A stretch of 64,000 nt of DNA from Bacteroidales bacterium (GTDB taxonomy: Bacteria; Bacteroidota; Bacteroidia; Bacteroidales; FEN-979). The notes below the pieces were generated by a model. The model was not told where the DNA came from. It saw nothing but the letters and a program-made list of their open reading frames with translations, and did not search any database. Location of the stretch: assembly GCA_023231005.1 (NCBI GenBank), contig JALNWG010000002.1:54092-118091 (forward strand), read 5' to 3'. The position numbers and the translations under genes are program-made. This document shows, in pieces, positions 50,483-61,315 of this stretch (position 1 is its first letter; each line of letters starts with the position of its first letter).

Positions 50483-51220
50483 ATGTTTGAACAAACGAAT
50501 AACAGAGGATTTTTTGCATCGCAACAGGGCACACAGGATGTGACTGTTGCCAAATCATTTATGACACAGGTTTTTGGATGGATGACCTTGGCTATGTTTG
50601 TAACGGCAGTAACTGCCTATTGGTTTGCAAGTTCACCCGAATTGATCGGTAGTTTGGTAAACCCTGCCACAAATGGGTTAAGTGGACTTGGCTGGGTTGT
50701 AACCCTGGCTCCCCTTGGCTTCGTTTTGTTGATGTCATTTGGCTTTCAGCGACTGTCGCCTGCCGTTTTGACACTTTTATTTATTTCCTTTTCTGTATTG
50801 ATGGGTATGAGTCTTAGTTTTATTCTACTTGTCTATACAGCTGCTTCGGTTTATAAAACTTTTGCCATTACCGCTGCAATGTTCGGTATCATGGCAGTTA
50901 CCGGTTATACCACCAAAACGGATCTTACAAAATTCGGAGCAATTATGATGATGGGAGTAATCGGCCTTTTTGTAGCTATGATCGTTAATTTCTTCATGAA
51001 TAGTGGAACCATCGATTATATTATCAGTATTATCGGCGTTTTAGTATTTACCGGTCTTACAGCTTATGATGTTCAGCGGATAAAACGCATCGGCGCTGGC
51101 AATGGGGAATATGGTGCTGAAAACACCAGGAAATTAAGTATTCTGGGAGCTCTGACGCTCTACCTTGATTTTATCAATCTTTTCCTCTTCCTGCTCAGAT
51201 TTTTGGGAGACAGAAAGTAA
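50483..51220 (+). CDS. Bax inhibitor-1/YccA family membrane protein
   Basis: 245 aa with seven TM helices and a family-typical C-terminal third (YDVQRIKRI...ALTLYLDFINLFLFLLRFLG). Confidence 0.85.
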   Translation: MFEQTNNRGFFASQQGTQDVTVAKSFMTQVFGWMTLAMFVTAVTAYWFASSPELIGSLVNPATNGLSGLGWVVTLAPLGFVLLMSFGFQRLSPAVLTLLFISFSVLMGMSLSFILLVYTAASVYKTFAITAAMFGIMAVTGYTTKTDLTKFGAIMMMGVIGLFVAMIVNFFMNSGTIDYIISIIGVLVFTGLTAYDVQRIKRIGAGNGEYGAENTRKLSILGALTLYLDFINLFLFLLRFLGDRK

Positions 51221-51246
51221 AATAGTGAAAGAATAAAAATATTTTT

Positions 51247-52125
51247 ATGAAAAACGCATACGTATTTCCTGGCCAAGGTGCTCAGTTTGTTGGAATGGGT
51301 AAAGAGTTGTACGATAATTCTGAATTGGCCAGAGAGATGTTTGAAAAGGCCAACCAAATTCTTGGTTTCCGAATTACTGATCTGATGTTTTCCGGAACCG
51401 ATGAAGATCTTCGTCAGACAAAAGTAACACAACCGGCCATCTTTCTTCACTCCGTGATCCTGGCAGCAACGATTGGTAACAATTTCAAACCCGATATGGT
51501 GGCAGGTCATTCTTTGGGGGAATTTTCTGCCCTTGTGGCAGCAAAATCACTTTCGTTTGAGGACGGACTACGTTTAGTTTCTGCCAGAGCCCGGGCGATG
51601 CAGAAAGCTTGTGAAAAAGAACCATCTACCATGGCTGCTATTCTTGGACTGGAGGATCAAAAAGTTGAAGAGATTTGTAAATCCATCCCTGAGGTTGTTG
51701 TTCCAGCCAATTACAATACTCCTGGCCAATTGGTCATTTCAGGAAGTATTAAAGGGATTGAAATGGCTTGTGAACAACTAAAAGCGGCCGGTGCACGCCG
51801 GGCGCTTCCACTCAAAGTCGGAGGCGCATTCCATTCACCCTTGATGGAACCTGCCCGGATTGAACTTGCCGAAGCTATTGATAATACTCCGATTCTTCCT
51901 CCTATATGTCCCGTTTACCAGAACGCAACGGCTGAACGGGTTACCGACCCGGTTCAGATTAAAAAGAACCTGATTGCACAGCTTACTGCTCCGGTGCTAT
52001 GGACACAAATCGTCCAGCACATGGTGACTGATGGTGCCACCCATTTCATCGAAGTGGGTCCAGGTAGTGTACTTCAGGGATTGATATCCAAAATCTGGAA
52101 AGAAGCAGTTGTTTCGGGAATTTGA
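51247..52125 (+). CDS. fabD: ACP S-malonyltransferase
   Basis: FPGQGAQ, active-site GHSLGEFSAL, GAFHSPLM. Confidence 0.95.
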   Translation: MKNAYVFPGQGAQFVGMGKELYDNSELAREMFEKANQILGFRITDLMFSGTDEDLRQTKVTQPAIFLHSVILAATIGNNFKPDMVAGHSLGEFSALVAAKSLSFEDGLRLVSARARAMQKACEKEPSTMAAILGLEDQKVEEICKSIPEVVVPANYNTPGQLVISGSIKGIEMACEQLKAAGARRALPLKVGGAFHSPLMEPARIELAEAIDNTPILPPICPVYQNATAERVTDPVQIKKNLIAQLTAPVLWTQIVQHMVTDGATHFIEVGPGSVLQGLISKIWKEAVVSGI

Positions 52126-52127
52126 TA

Positions 52128-53177
52128 TTACCGTTTTCCGTATTGTTTATCGTAATACTTTTGATAATCACCAGTGGTTACATCGTTCATCCAGGCTTCA
52201 TGAGTAAGATACCATTCCACTGTTTTTTCCAACCCTTCTTCAAATTTTAAACTGGGTTTCCATCCTAAAGCATTTTGGATTTTATGTGAATCAATGGCAT
52301 ACCTAAGATCGTGACCGGCACGGTCTTTCACAAATGATATGAGCTTCTCCGAAGTGCCAGCTGTACGTTCCAATTTCCGGTCCATGATCTTACAAAGAAG
52401 TTTGATAAGATCGATGTTCTTCCATTCATTATGACCTCCAATATTGTATGTCTCTCCTGTTATACCCTTATGAAAAATCAAATCTATGGCGGCGGCATGA
52501 TCCTCTACAAATAGCCAATCCCGGATATTTTCACCCTTTCCATAAACGGGAATTTGCTTACTGTATTTGATATTATTTATGACCAGGGGGATTAGCTTTT
52601 CAGGGAATTGGAAAGATCCATAGTTGTTGGAACAATTAGATATCACAGAAGGAAGGCCAAAGGTGTGGTAATATGCCCCTACCAAATGGTCGGCGCTTGC
52701 TTTTGAAGCAGAATAAGGACTTCTGGGATCGTAAGCCGTATGCTCATAAAAAAAACCTGTTGCTCCAAGAGATCCATACACTTCATCCGTTGAAATCTGA
52801 TAAAACCTTTTTCCTTCGAAATTTTCCCAAATAAGACGGGCTGCATTTAATAAATTGACCGTTCCTATAATATTGGTATGAATAAATTCCATCGGATTTG
52901 AAATAGACCGGTCAACATGCGATTCGGCTGCCAGATGAATGACTCCATCGAATTGAAATTTTTTGAACAATGTATTCATCAATTCTCCGTCGGTAATATC
53001 GGCTTTTACAAATTCGTAATTGGGTTCATTTTCTATATCTTTAAGATTGGCCAAATTTCCGGCATAGGTCAGGTTATCGAGGTTCACGATATGATAATCC
53101 GGGTATTTTTTCACAAACCTGCGTACCACATGAGATCCAATAAATCCAGCGCCACCAGTGATCAAGATCTTTTTCAT
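52128..53177 (-). CDS. rfbB: dTDP-glucose 4,6-dehydratase
   Basis: GGAGFIGSHVV, YSASKASADHL (YxxxK), 349 aa. Confidence 0.9.
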   Translation of the reverse strand: MKKILITGGAGFIGSHVVRRFVKKYPDYHIVNLDNLTYAGNLANLKDIENEPNYEFVKADITDGELMNTLFKKFQFDGVIHLAAESHVDRSISNPMEFIHTNIIGTVNLLNAARLIWENFEGKRFYQISTDEVYGSLGATGFFYEHTAYDPRSPYSASKASADHLVGAYYHTFGLPSVISNCSNNYGSFQFPEKLIPLVINNIKYSKQIPVYGKGENIRDWLFVEDHAAAIDLIFHKGITGETYNIGGHNEWKNIDLIKLLCKIMDRKLERTAGTSEKLISFVKDRAGHDLRYAIDSHKIQNALGWKPSLKFEEGLEKTVEWYLTHEAWMNDVTTGDYQKYYDKQYGKR

Positions 53178-53190
53178 ATTTTTTTCTTTA

Positions 53191-54210
53191 TTATTTCTTT
53201 TCAGCTAAGGCTTTTTCCCATTTCCATGCCGAAAGTGTCATCTCGTCCAGCGTTTTTTCTGCTTTCCAGCCCAATTCCGTATTCGCAAAACTGGTATCGG
53301 CCCATACTTTCACAATATCTCCAGGGCGACGATTCATTATTTTATACTTCAATTTAACTCCGGTAGAATGTTCAAAAGAATGGATCACCTCCATAACAGA
53401 AAAACCATTGCCGGTTCCCAGATTGAAAGCCTCCACTTGTTTATCGCTTTTCCTGCTGGCCATCCGTTCCACGGCAATAACATGTGCTTTTGCCAGGTCC
53501 ACAACGTGGATATAATCGCGTATCGCAGTGCCATCAGGGGTATCATAATCGCTACCCCAGACCCGTAAAAAATCACGTTTGCCAATGGCAGTCTGGGTCA
53601 TGTAAGGAATTAAATTTCCAGGAACGCCAATGGGCAACTCCCCGATTAAGGCTGATTCGTGTGCTCCTATGGGATTAAAATAGCGCAATAAAATAGACCG
53701 GATATTGGCGCTTTTAGCGGTATCGGTGATGATCTCCTCTGAAATTTGTTTTGTATTCCCGTACGGAGAGGCTGCTTTTAGAATAGGGGAATTTTCACTA
53801 ACAGGAAGTACTTCCGGTTGGCCATATACCGTACAGGACGAAGAGAAAACAAGGTCACTGATTTCATTATCTATCATCCCCTGAAGAATATTGAAGAGAG
53901 AAACGAGGTTATTCCGATAATACTTCAGTGGAAATTCTACCGACTCCCCTACTGCTTTATAGGCTGCAAAATGAATAATGGCATTGATATCGTTATGCAG
54001 TTTAAAAAATTCAGCAGTTCTTTCCGAATCAGTCAAATCAAATTTCTCGAACAATGGTTTTTCCCCAGTGATTTTGGAAATACAATCAAGTACATCAATC
54101 GAAGAGTTTGAAAGATTATCGACAATGACCACCTCAAAACCTTTTTTTTGAAGTTCAACTACAGTATGAGAGCCGATATAACCTGTTCCGCCAGTTACTA
54201 ATATTTTCAT
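53191..54210 (-). CDS. galE: UDP-glucose 4-epimerase
   Basis: GGTGYIGSHTV, YGNTKQISE (YxxxK), 339 aa. Confidence 0.9.
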   Translation of the reverse strand: MKILVTGGTGYIGSHTVVELQKKGFEVVIVDNLSNSSIDVLDCISKITGEKPLFEKFDLTDSERTAEFFKLHNDINAIIHFAAYKAVGESVEFPLKYYRNNLVSLFNILQGMIDNEISDLVFSSSCTVYGQPEVLPVSENSPILKAASPYGNTKQISEEIITDTAKSANIRSILLRYFNPIGAHESALIGELPIGVPGNLIPYMTQTAIGKRDFLRVWGSDYDTPDGTAIRDYIHVVDLAKAHVIAVERMASRKSDKQVEAFNLGTGNGFSVMEVIHSFEHSTGVKLKYKIMNRRPGDIVKVWADTSFANTELGWKAEKTLDEMTLSAWKWEKALAEKK

Positions 54211-54257
54211 AATTTGTTTATAAAACCAGTTTATACACCTTAATCAAGTATTGTTGC

Positions 54258-55247
54258 TCAACGACCCATCATTTTTAAAATCGGATGATAATCTCCCTTT
54301 AATCCAACAGGTTCTTCATTTCTTATCTGGTAAACGATACGAATACTTTCGGATGCATCCTTTAACCCGAATCCTCTACCTGCCAGGATTTCACGGTACA
54401 TATCGGTATGGAGATCGGTAAATCCCTCACTAAATTCTATTTCGCGGTCGCCCATGGTAAGCGAGCGATAGGTTCGCTTTCCTGCGTTTCGGATATTTTC
54501 AGGAATATCATTATAGTCGATACTTAAGAACCAGCGGATGTTGGCATTTTCAAGTCGAAGTAACCCGGCAGCTTTATGTTTTTCGTGGAGATGTACGATG
54601 TTTTCTTTTACCGTTCCAAAAATCCAGGAGAGCATGTCGAAAAAATGGACACCGATATTGGTTGCAATACCACCGGATTTTGAAACATCCCCTTTCCAGG
54701 ACCGGTCATACCAATTGCCTCGAGAAGTGATATAGGTAAGATCCAGATCATACATTTTCTTTCCGGATCCTTTTTTTATTTCTTCATATAAGGCGCGAAT
54801 TGTGGGATGTAACCGCAACTGGAGGATGGTATAGATACTTTTTCCGGTTTCTTTTTCAATTTCTTGCAGGGCATCCAGGTTCCATGGATTCAACACAATG
54901 GGTTTCTCACAGATTGCATGAGCATTATTACGTAAAGCAAGGCGGATATGTGAATCGTGCATGTAATTTGGCGAACAGATACTCACATAATCAACCTTCC
55001 GGTTTTCAAATCCATTTTTCGACAGAGCCTCTCTCCTAAGTTTATCCAAATGGCGGTCGAAACGTTCTGGTTCAATAAAAAAATCAGCCTTAGGGAAATA
55101 ACTATCAATAATCCCAACGCCATCGTAAGGATCCAGAGCACATATTAGTTTATTTCCGGTATCTCTAATTGCTTTCATGTGCCTTGGTGCTACATATCCA
55201 GCAGCTCCGATTAGCGCAAAATTGAGGGGCTTTTCCGTTGTATCCAT
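54258..55247 (-). CDS. Gfo/Idh/MocA family oxidoreductase (WbpB-like sugar-nucleotide 3-dehydrogenase by context)
   Basis: N-terminal Rossmann ALIGAAGYVAPRHMKAI. Sits in a block with an acetyltransferase and an aminotransferase. Confidence 0.8.
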   Translation of the reverse strand: MDTTEKPLNFALIGAAGYVAPRHMKAIRDTGNKLICALDPYDGVGIIDSYFPKADFFIEPERFDRHLDKLRREALSKNGFENRKVDYVSICSPNYMHDSHIRLALRNNAHAICEKPIVLNPWNLDALQEIEKETGKSIYTILQLRLHPTIRALYEEIKKGSGKKMYDLDLTYITSRGNWYDRSWKGDVSKSGGIATNIGVHFFDMLSWIFGTVKENIVHLHEKHKAAGLLRLENANIRWFLSIDYNDIPENIRNAGKRTYRSLTMGDREIEFSEGFTDLHTDMYREILAGRGFGLKDASESIRIVYQIRNEEPVGLKGDYHPILKMMGR

Positions 55248-55255
55248 AATGACAT

Positions 55256-55837
55256 TTAAAGTTTAATTACAAGACCTTCCTTCGTTAACTGATAATGTTC
55301 TTTGCTTTCGGGACAAACAGCAATTCCGGCATCGTCGAAATGAAGGCGATGCCCATAAGCGCTCATCCACCCGATATGCCGGCCTGGGTTTCCCACGATC
55401 AGTGCATACGGCGGAACGTATTTGGTTACCACGGCACCAGCTCCGATAAAAGCATATTCTCCGATTTCGTTTCCACAAACAATGGTTGCGTTGGCTCCGA
55501 TGGAAGCTCCTTTTCTGACCAGTGTTTTCATATACTGGTCACGGCGAAGAATATGACTTCGGGGGTTAATGACATTGGTAAAGACCATGGAAGGACCAAG
55601 AAAAACATCATCTTCACAAATTACCCCGGTATAAATAGAGACATTATTTTGTATTTTAACATTTCGGCCTAAAATAACATCGGGAGAAATCACGCAATTT
55701 TGTCCAATATTGCATTGTTCCCCAATAACACATCCTTTCATGATATGGGTGAAATGCCAGATTTTCGTTCCTTTTCCAATTTGGCAGCCCGCATCAATTA
55801 CAGCAGTTTCATGGGCAAAATATTCAGGTTCCATCAT
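55256..55837 (-). CDS. hexapeptide-repeat N-acetyltransferase (WbpD/WlbB-like)
   Basis: 193 aa left-handed beta-helix repeats ([34 protein letters not shown]). Confidence 0.8.
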   Translation of the reverse strand: MMEPEYFAHETAVIDAGCQIGKGTKIWHFTHIMKGCVIGEQCNIGQNCVISPDVILGRNVKIQNNVSIYTGVICEDDVFLGPSMVFTNVINPRSHILRRDQYMKTLVRKGASIGANATIVCGNEIGEYAFIGAGAVVTKYVPPYALIVGNPGRHIGWMSAYGHRLHFDDAGIAVCPESKEHYQLTKEGLVIKL

Positions 55838-56967
55838 GTTCGGTTTAAGAATTCAAGTACGTTACTTGTAATGTAATTCAATTGTTCCTGATCCAATTCG
55901 GTATGCATCGGCAAGGAGAATACAGTTTCACAAAGATGCTCAGTTACCGGAAAATCACCAGGTTTATATCGGGGATCCAGGTAAGCTTTTTGCATGTGCA
56001 GAGGAACAGGATAATAGATCATGGCAGGAACTCCCTTAGTGGCGAGGAATTCAATAAGTGCTTTCCGGTCAATTCCTTGAGAAACCAAGGTATATTGATG
56101 AAAAACATGATTTGATTTTGAATACCTTACCGGGATTTTCAGTTTTGTTTGATGCCCAAACGCTTTATCATAAAAATCAGCAACAGCGCGGCGTTTTGAA
56201 GCATATTCATCAAGATGACTTAATTTTACTTTCAAAATTGCAGCCTGGATGCTGTCAAGCCGTGAATTAACACCGATATAATCATGGTAATATCTAACCG
56301 TCATGCCATGGTTGACCACAACCCGCATCTGCTTAGCCAGATCATCATCGTTGGTGAAGATCGCTCCTCCGTCGCCATAACATCCCAGATTCTTTGACGG
56401 AAAAAACGAAGTACACCCGATATGGCCGATGGTTCCTGATTTTTTTCGACTCCCATCCTCAAAAATATAGTCCGATCCGGTTGCCTGACAGTTATCTTCA
56501 ACGATATAGAGATGATGCTTTTTTGCAAGAGCCATGATTTCTTCCATTGGGGCTGCTTGGCCAAAGAGATGAACAGGAACGATTGCTCTGGTTTTCGGAG
56601 TGATGGCACGTTCGATGGCTTTGGGATCGATATTAAAAGTATCCGGATCCACATCAACTAAAACCGGCGTAAGTTTAAGCAAAGCGATCACTTCGGCAGT
56701 CGCAATAAAGGTGAAAGAAGAAGTGATCACCTCATCACCAGGTTGTAATCCAAGTGCCATCATGGAAACTTGCAAGGCATCGGTACCGTTAGCACAGGGA
56801 ATAACATGTTTCACACCGAGATATTGTTCGAAATTATTTTGAAAAGCATGTACGGCAGGTCCATTGATAAAAGCACAGGAGTCAATGACTTCCTGGATCT
56901 GCTGATCGATTTCAGATTTGATGTTCAGGTATTGGCTGTGTAAGTCAACCATTTGGATTTTCTTCAT
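55834..56967 (-). CDS. DegT/DnrJ/EryC1/StrS family sugar aminotransferase (WbpE-like)
   Basis: PLP-lysine context SFFPSKNLG. 377 aa. 4-nt overlap with the acetyltransferase gene. Confidence 0.9.
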   Translation of the reverse strand: MKKIQMVDLHSQYLNIKSEIDQQIQEVIDSCAFINGPAVHAFQNNFEQYLGVKHVIPCANGTDALQVSMMALGLQPGDEVITSSFTFIATAEVIALLKLTPVLVDVDPDTFNIDPKAIERAITPKTRAIVPVHLFGQAAPMEEIMALAKKHHLYIVEDNCQATGSDYIFEDGSRKKSGTIGHIGCTSFFPSKNLGCYGDGGAIFTNDDDLAKQMRVVVNHGMTVRYYHDYIGVNSRLDSIQAAILKVKLSHLDEYASKRRAVADFYDKAFGHQTKLKIPVRYSKSNHVFHQYTLVSQGIDRKALIEFLATKGVPAMIYYPVPLHMQKAYLDPRYKPGDFPVTEHLCETVFSLPMHTELDQEQLNYITSNVLEFLNRT

Positions 56968-57000
56968 ACGTTATTGTGTATTTTGCGTGATTGATCGATA

Positions 57001-57008
57001 CAAATATA
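57001..57008 (-). promoter_or_regulatory. candidate -7 box for the degT-acetyltransferase-oxidoreductase-galE-rfbB unit
   Basis: Exact TATATTTG on the minus strand, 33 nt upstream of ATG 56967. Confidence 0.4.
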
Positions 57009-57052
57009 ACGCAAATATTGTACTTTCGTTGTTCACCCTGTGGCGGTTTTCT

Positions 57053-57060
57053 TATCTTTG
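57053..57060 (+). promoter_or_regulatory. candidate -7 box for elbB
   Basis: Exact TATCTTTG, 26 nt upstream of ATG 57087. Confidence 0.4.
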
Positions 57061-57086
57061 GTACCGACAATTAAATTATCTGAAAA

Positions 57087-57737
57087 ATGAAACGATTTGC
57101 TGTCGTCTTAGCTGGTTGCGGGATTTTCGATGGAGCCGAGATCCATGAATCAGTTCTAACCCTTCTGGCCATCGACAAAGCAGGTGCAGGTTATCATTGC
57201 TTTGCTCCTGATATTCCACAGTATCATGTGATCGACCATCTGAAAAAAAAACCTGCCGGCGAACAACGAAATGTCTTGGTAGAATCAGCCCGGGTGGCAC
57301 GTGGAGACATCTCCCCATTAAGGACTTTTAGATCATCTGACTATGACGCATTAATCTTCCCCGGTGGATTTGGAACTGTAAAAAACTTATGTTCCTGGGC
57401 GTATGAAGGCGATAACTGTAAGGTTAATTCCGAAGTAGAAAAAGCCATAAAAACCATGTTTGAAGCCAAAAAACCCATTGGTGCCATGTGTATTGCACCC
57501 GTCATCATAGCAAGGTTATTTAAAGGAGTTAAATTGACCACCGGACAGGATCCTGCTTCAAGTAGCTTTATAGAAAAGATGGGAAATATATCGATCCGGA
57601 CAAACCATGGGGAAGTAATCATAGATCAGGAGAAAAAGCTATTTACCACCCCATGTTACATGTTAGATTCCTCAATCAGTCAGATTGCCACAGGCACAGA
57701 AAATATTGTCAGAGAGATGCTGAAATCAATGGGGTAA
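57087..57737 (+). CDS. elbB: ElbB-like DJ-1/PfpI family protein (isoprenoid biosynthesis glyoxalase ElbB)
   Basis: FAVVLAGCGIFDGAEIHESVLTLLAI and nucleophile-elbow IGAMCIAP. Confidence 0.8.
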   Translation: MKRFAVVLAGCGIFDGAEIHESVLTLLAIDKAGAGYHCFAPDIPQYHVIDHLKKKPAGEQRNVLVESARVARGDISPLRTFRSSDYDALIFPGGFGTVKNLCSWAYEGDNCKVNSEVEKAIKTMFEAKKPIGAMCIAPVIIARLFKGVKLTTGQDPASSSFIEKMGNISIRTNHGEVIIDQEKKLFTTPCYMLDSSISQIATGTENIVREMLKSMG

Positions 57738-57739
57738 TT

Positions 57740-58816
57740 TCATTGGTATTGTTTTACCTCCATCTCGCCTTTTAGCACCATGATTCCATTGATGGCGAGC
57801 GCCCGCATTTCATCCTCACCCGGGATGACATGAATCGGAGCTAATTTATAAACACGTTCCCGGATCCATTCAACAAAGCCTTTATCATAAGCAATACCAC
57901 CAGTGATAAGAATAGCATCCACCTCACATTTTAACACGGTATACATTTCCCCGATATATTTAGCCACTTGATAGGCCATGGCATGATAAATAAGTTCTGC
58001 CTTGGGGTCACCGGCTTTCACCATTTTTTCCACTTCATAAGCGTTATTGGTCCCCAGATAGGAAACCAATCCGCCTTCACCTGTAATCATTCGTAGTACT
58101 TGATTCAAGGTATATTTTCCACTGAAACAAACTTTTGCAAGCTGATCAACCGGGAGCGTTCCACTACGTTCCGGGCTAAAGGGGCCTTCTCCGCTAAGCG
58201 CCTGGTTGACATCAACAACCTGACCATAATTATGAGCGCCCACTGAAATGCCCCCTCCAAGATGGACTACAATAAGGTTTAACGCTTCATATTTCCGTTG
58301 AATTGATTTGGCAAATTCCCGGGCCACCGCTTTTTGGTTCAACGCATGAAAAATGGAAATCCTTTCAAACAGTGGATGTCCAGCCACTCGGGCGATGGGA
58401 CTCAATTCATCAACCACAACCGGATCTGCAATAAAAGCACGAACCGATGGCAATGACTGAGCCAGGTTATGGGCAATAAGTCCCCCCAAACTGCTGGCAT
58501 GTTCTCCCAACGGACTGTTTCGCAGGCACTCGATCATGGCTTCGTTTACTTCATAAACTCCCGAAGGAATTGGTTTCAGTAAGCCACCTCTGCCAATAAT
58601 TGCCTGTAAATTGTTAATATGAATATCTGCTTCTTTAAGTTGCTGGAGTATGATATCCTTACGGAATTCAAATTGGTCAGTCATCTTCGCAAAAGGAGCC
58701 AGTTCCTCAGGGGTATGTTTTATAGTTTTTAAAAAAATAGGCTCTGTATTCTGATAAACAGCAATTTTCGTCGAAGTTGACCCGGGGTTGATCGCCAATA
58801 CTTTAATATCTTTCAT
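57740..58816 (-). CDS. buk: butyrate kinase
   Basis: ILAINPGSTSTKIAVY, HLGGGISVGAH. 358 aa, ASKHA fold. Confidence 0.9.
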   Translation of the reverse strand: MKDIKVLAINPGSTSTKIAVYQNTEPIFLKTIKHTPEELAPFAKMTDQFEFRKDIILQQLKEADIHINNLQAIIGRGGLLKPIPSGVYEVNEAMIECLRNSPLGEHASSLGGLIAHNLAQSLPSVRAFIADPVVVDELSPIARVAGHPLFERISIFHALNQKAVAREFAKSIQRKYEALNLIVVHLGGGISVGAHNYGQVVDVNQALSGEGPFSPERSGTLPVDQLAKVCFSGKYTLNQVLRMITGEGGLVSYLGTNNAYEVEKMVKAGDPKAELIYHAMAYQVAKYIGEMYTVLKCEVDAILITGGIAYDKGFVEWIRERVYKLAPIHVIPGEDEMRALAINGIMVLKGEMEVKQYQ

Positions 58817-58827
58817 TCCTTAAATCT

Positions 58828-60366
58828 TTATTTTGACGCATTGGTTGAATTTCGTTGTTTGCTATGGTGAATACTGTATGTAAAATAGATAACAAATCCA
58901 ATGGCCATCCAGATAACAAGCCGAGCCCAGGTATCCAACGGCAAGGCAGCCATTTGGATAAAGCAAATGAGTGCTCCTAAAATGGGAATCACTGGGACAA
59001 AAGGTGTCCGGAAAGGGCGGGGAATATCCGGTCTGGTTTTTCGGAGAACGACAATACTAATACATACAATAGAAAAAGCGAGTAAAGTTCCGATAGAAAC
59101 CAGTTCTCCTAAAATGCTGATAGGTAATACTCCTGCTAAAACCACTGCAACAGAACCAGTCAGGATGGTGCTAACGTATGGGGTTTTGAATTTCGGATGG
59201 ACTTTAGAAAATATCGGTGGAAGCAATCCGTCTTTCGACATAGAATAAAAAATACGGGGTTGCCCCATGAGCATTACCAGGATCACAGAACTTAATCCTG
59301 CAATGGCCGCTATTTTTACGATAGGTCTTAGCCAAAACATCCCCTTCCCCATGGCATCTACACCAACTGCAACCGGATCGGCTACATTCAGAGTGGTATA
59401 GCTGACTATCCCCGTTAATACAATAGCAACCAGGATATACAAGACAGTTGAAACACTCAGGGATCCTAGAATTCCGATGGGCATGTCACGCTGGGGATTT
59501 TTTGCTTCCTGGGCCGCGGTCGACACGGCATCAAATCCAATGTACGCGAAAAAGATTACCCCAGCTCCCCGAAGGATACCGCTCCACCCAAAGTGCCCCC
59601 ATTCGCCGGTATTTTTGGGAATGAAGGGATGCCAATTAGCAACCTTTACGAATGCAATTCCGATGGCGATAAACAAGATGATCACAGCAACTTTCACAAT
59701 GACCATCACGTTGTTAAAATTGGCTGACTCTCTAATCCCCACGATCAACAAGAGGGTAAGCGCTGCAATAATGAACATCGCAGGAAGGTTGATGATGGCT
59801 GTAACGTGTGGCAATGAATCAACATTCACCCCTTGTGCCAGTAATCCGGTTGCAAGATTGTGGGTCAATTCCTGCCATCCCAGTTTTGGAACCTCAACCA
59901 GGACAGATCCTGTTGCCGCTGTTAGCGTGGTAGGAATGAAGATACCGAAATCTTTCAGAAAGCTAACCACATACCCCGACCAACCTACTGAAACTGTGGA
60001 GGCCGCAAATAAATATTCCAGAATAAGATCCCATCCAATGATCCATGCCAAAAATTCGCCCAGGGTAGCATAAGAATATGTATAAGCGCTTCCTGAAATA
60101 GGAATCATGGAAGCAAACTCTGCATAACAAAGTCCGGCGAAAGCACAGGCAGTTCCTGATATGAGAAAGGAAATAACAATAGCTGGTCCTGCATATTGTG
60201 CGGCTGCCTGTCCTGTCAGAACAAAAATTCCAGCGCCGATTATAGCACCGATCCCCAGGGTGGTAAGGTTAAGACTGGTAAGTGTTTTTTTTAACCCTGC
60301 TTTATTATCTTTAGCTTCTTGTAGTAAATCACCAAGGGATTTTGTAATGAACAGGTTTTTCGCCAT
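58828..60366 (-). CDS. APC superfamily amino-acid permease (cationic-amino-acid-transporter-like)
   Basis: 512 aa with 12 or more TM helices. LGIGAIIGAGIFVLTGQAA and YAEFASMIPISGSAYTYSY signatures. Confidence 0.9.
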   Translation of the reverse strand: MAKNLFITKSLGDLLQEAKDNKAGLKKTLTSLNLTTLGIGAIIGAGIFVLTGQAAAQYAGPAIVISFLISGTACAFAGLCYAEFASMIPISGSAYTYSYATLGEFLAWIIGWDLILEYLFAASTVSVGWSGYVVSFLKDFGIFIPTTLTAATGSVLVEVPKLGWQELTHNLATGLLAQGVNVDSLPHVTAIINLPAMFIIAALTLLLIVGIRESANFNNVMVIVKVAVIILFIAIGIAFVKVANWHPFIPKNTGEWGHFGWSGILRGAGVIFFAYIGFDAVSTAAQEAKNPQRDMPIGILGSLSVSTVLYILVAIVLTGIVSYTTLNVADPVAVGVDAMGKGMFWLRPIVKIAAIAGLSSVILVMLMGQPRIFYSMSKDGLLPPIFSKVHPKFKTPYVSTILTGSVAVVLAGVLPISILGELVSIGTLLAFSIVCISIVVLRKTRPDIPRPFRTPFVPVIPILGALICFIQMAALPLDTWARLVIWMAIGFVIYFTYSIHHSKQRNSTNASK

Positions 60367-60388
60367 AATGAAGAAAAAAATGGAACAG

Positions 60389-61315
60389 TTAGATTGCAGC
60401 TGCCATCACGATGCTGGCTTGTTTCGATTCTTCAGTATCCGAACGGGAAGTAAGTACAATGGGAGCAGCAGCGCCCAAAATCACAGCGGCTAATTTAGCA
60501 TTGCACGAAAAACCAAAAGCTTTATACAGGATATTACCTGCTTCAATGTCGGGAACTACCAGTAAGTCTGCATCTCCAGCCACATCACTAACAATTCCTT
60601 TATGCTTTGCACTGGCAGCGCTGATTGCATTGTCGTAAGCCAAGGGGCCATCGATAATACAATTTTTAATTTGTCCACGTTGGCCCATTTTTGATAACAT
60701 AGCGGCTTCGATGGTTGCAGGCATGGCTTCATTGACCATTTCAACAGCAGCAAGAACAGCAACTTTAGGCTTCTTATATCCTAGCTTATTCATAAATTCA
60801 ACTGCATTGTTGGTCAAGGCTACTTTTGTTTTAAAATCAGGAGCCGGAATCATTGCAGCATCTGTCAAACCAAGTAATTTAGGATATGTAGGAACTTCAA
60901 ACAAAGCAAAGTGTGAAAGGACATCGCCTTTTCGTAATCCGTTTTCCTTATCGAGGACACCTCTGAGGAAAACAGCCGTAGGAACATTTCCCTTCATCAG
61001 AATATCGGCTTCTTTGTTGCGTACCATTTTAACTGCAATCCTAACTGAATTAACGTCAACCTCTTCATCAATGATTTTCATTCCTTTCACATCAAGTTTC
61101 AGATTAGCAGCAATATCCTTGATTTTTTTCTCATTTCCAACCAGGATCGCTTCTATCAAACCCATTTTAGCGACTGCACAGATTGCTTCCAGGCAGTGTT
61201 CGTCATGAGCAACAGCTACAGCCAGTCTCTTTTTTCCAGATTTTTTTGCAAGGTCATTCAGATCAGTAAGTTTAGTTAAACAAGCGGGTCCGGATTTCTT
61301 CGTTGTTTCTGTCAT
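60389..61315 (-). CDS. ptb: phosphate butyryltransferase (phosphate acyltransferase family)
   Basis: 308 aa. ADILMKG, GPLAYDNA, PDIEAGNILYK motifs of the Pta/Ptb fold. Ptb-size rather than Pta-size. Confidence 0.85.
   Translation of the reverse strand: MTETTKKSGPACLTKLTDLNDLAKKSGKKRLAVAVAHDEHCLEAICAVAKMGLIEAILVGNEKKIKDIAANLKLDVKGMKIIDEEVDVNSVRIAVKMVRNKEADILMKGNVPTAVFLRGVLDKENGLRKGDVLSHFALFEVPTYPKLLGLTDAAMIPAPDFKTKVALTNNAVEFMNKLGYKKPKVAVLAAVEMVNEAMPATIEAAMLSKMGQRGQIKNCIIDGPLAYDNAISAASAKHKGIVSDVAGDADLLVVPDIEAGNILYKAFGFSCNAKLAAVILGAAAPIVLTSRSDTEESKQASIVMAAAI

Noticed and set aside
52917-53357. 146-aa plus-strand ORF spanning the rfbB/galE junction
   Set aside because: It is antisense to two well-supported SDR genes and crosses their intergenic spacer. 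No motif.
59477-61208. 198-aa and 165-aa plus-strand ORFs inside the permease and ptb genes
   Set aside because: Antisense shadow ORFs, rich in Ala/Ser/Thr as expected opposite GC-richer hydrophobic coding sequence. No start-site support.
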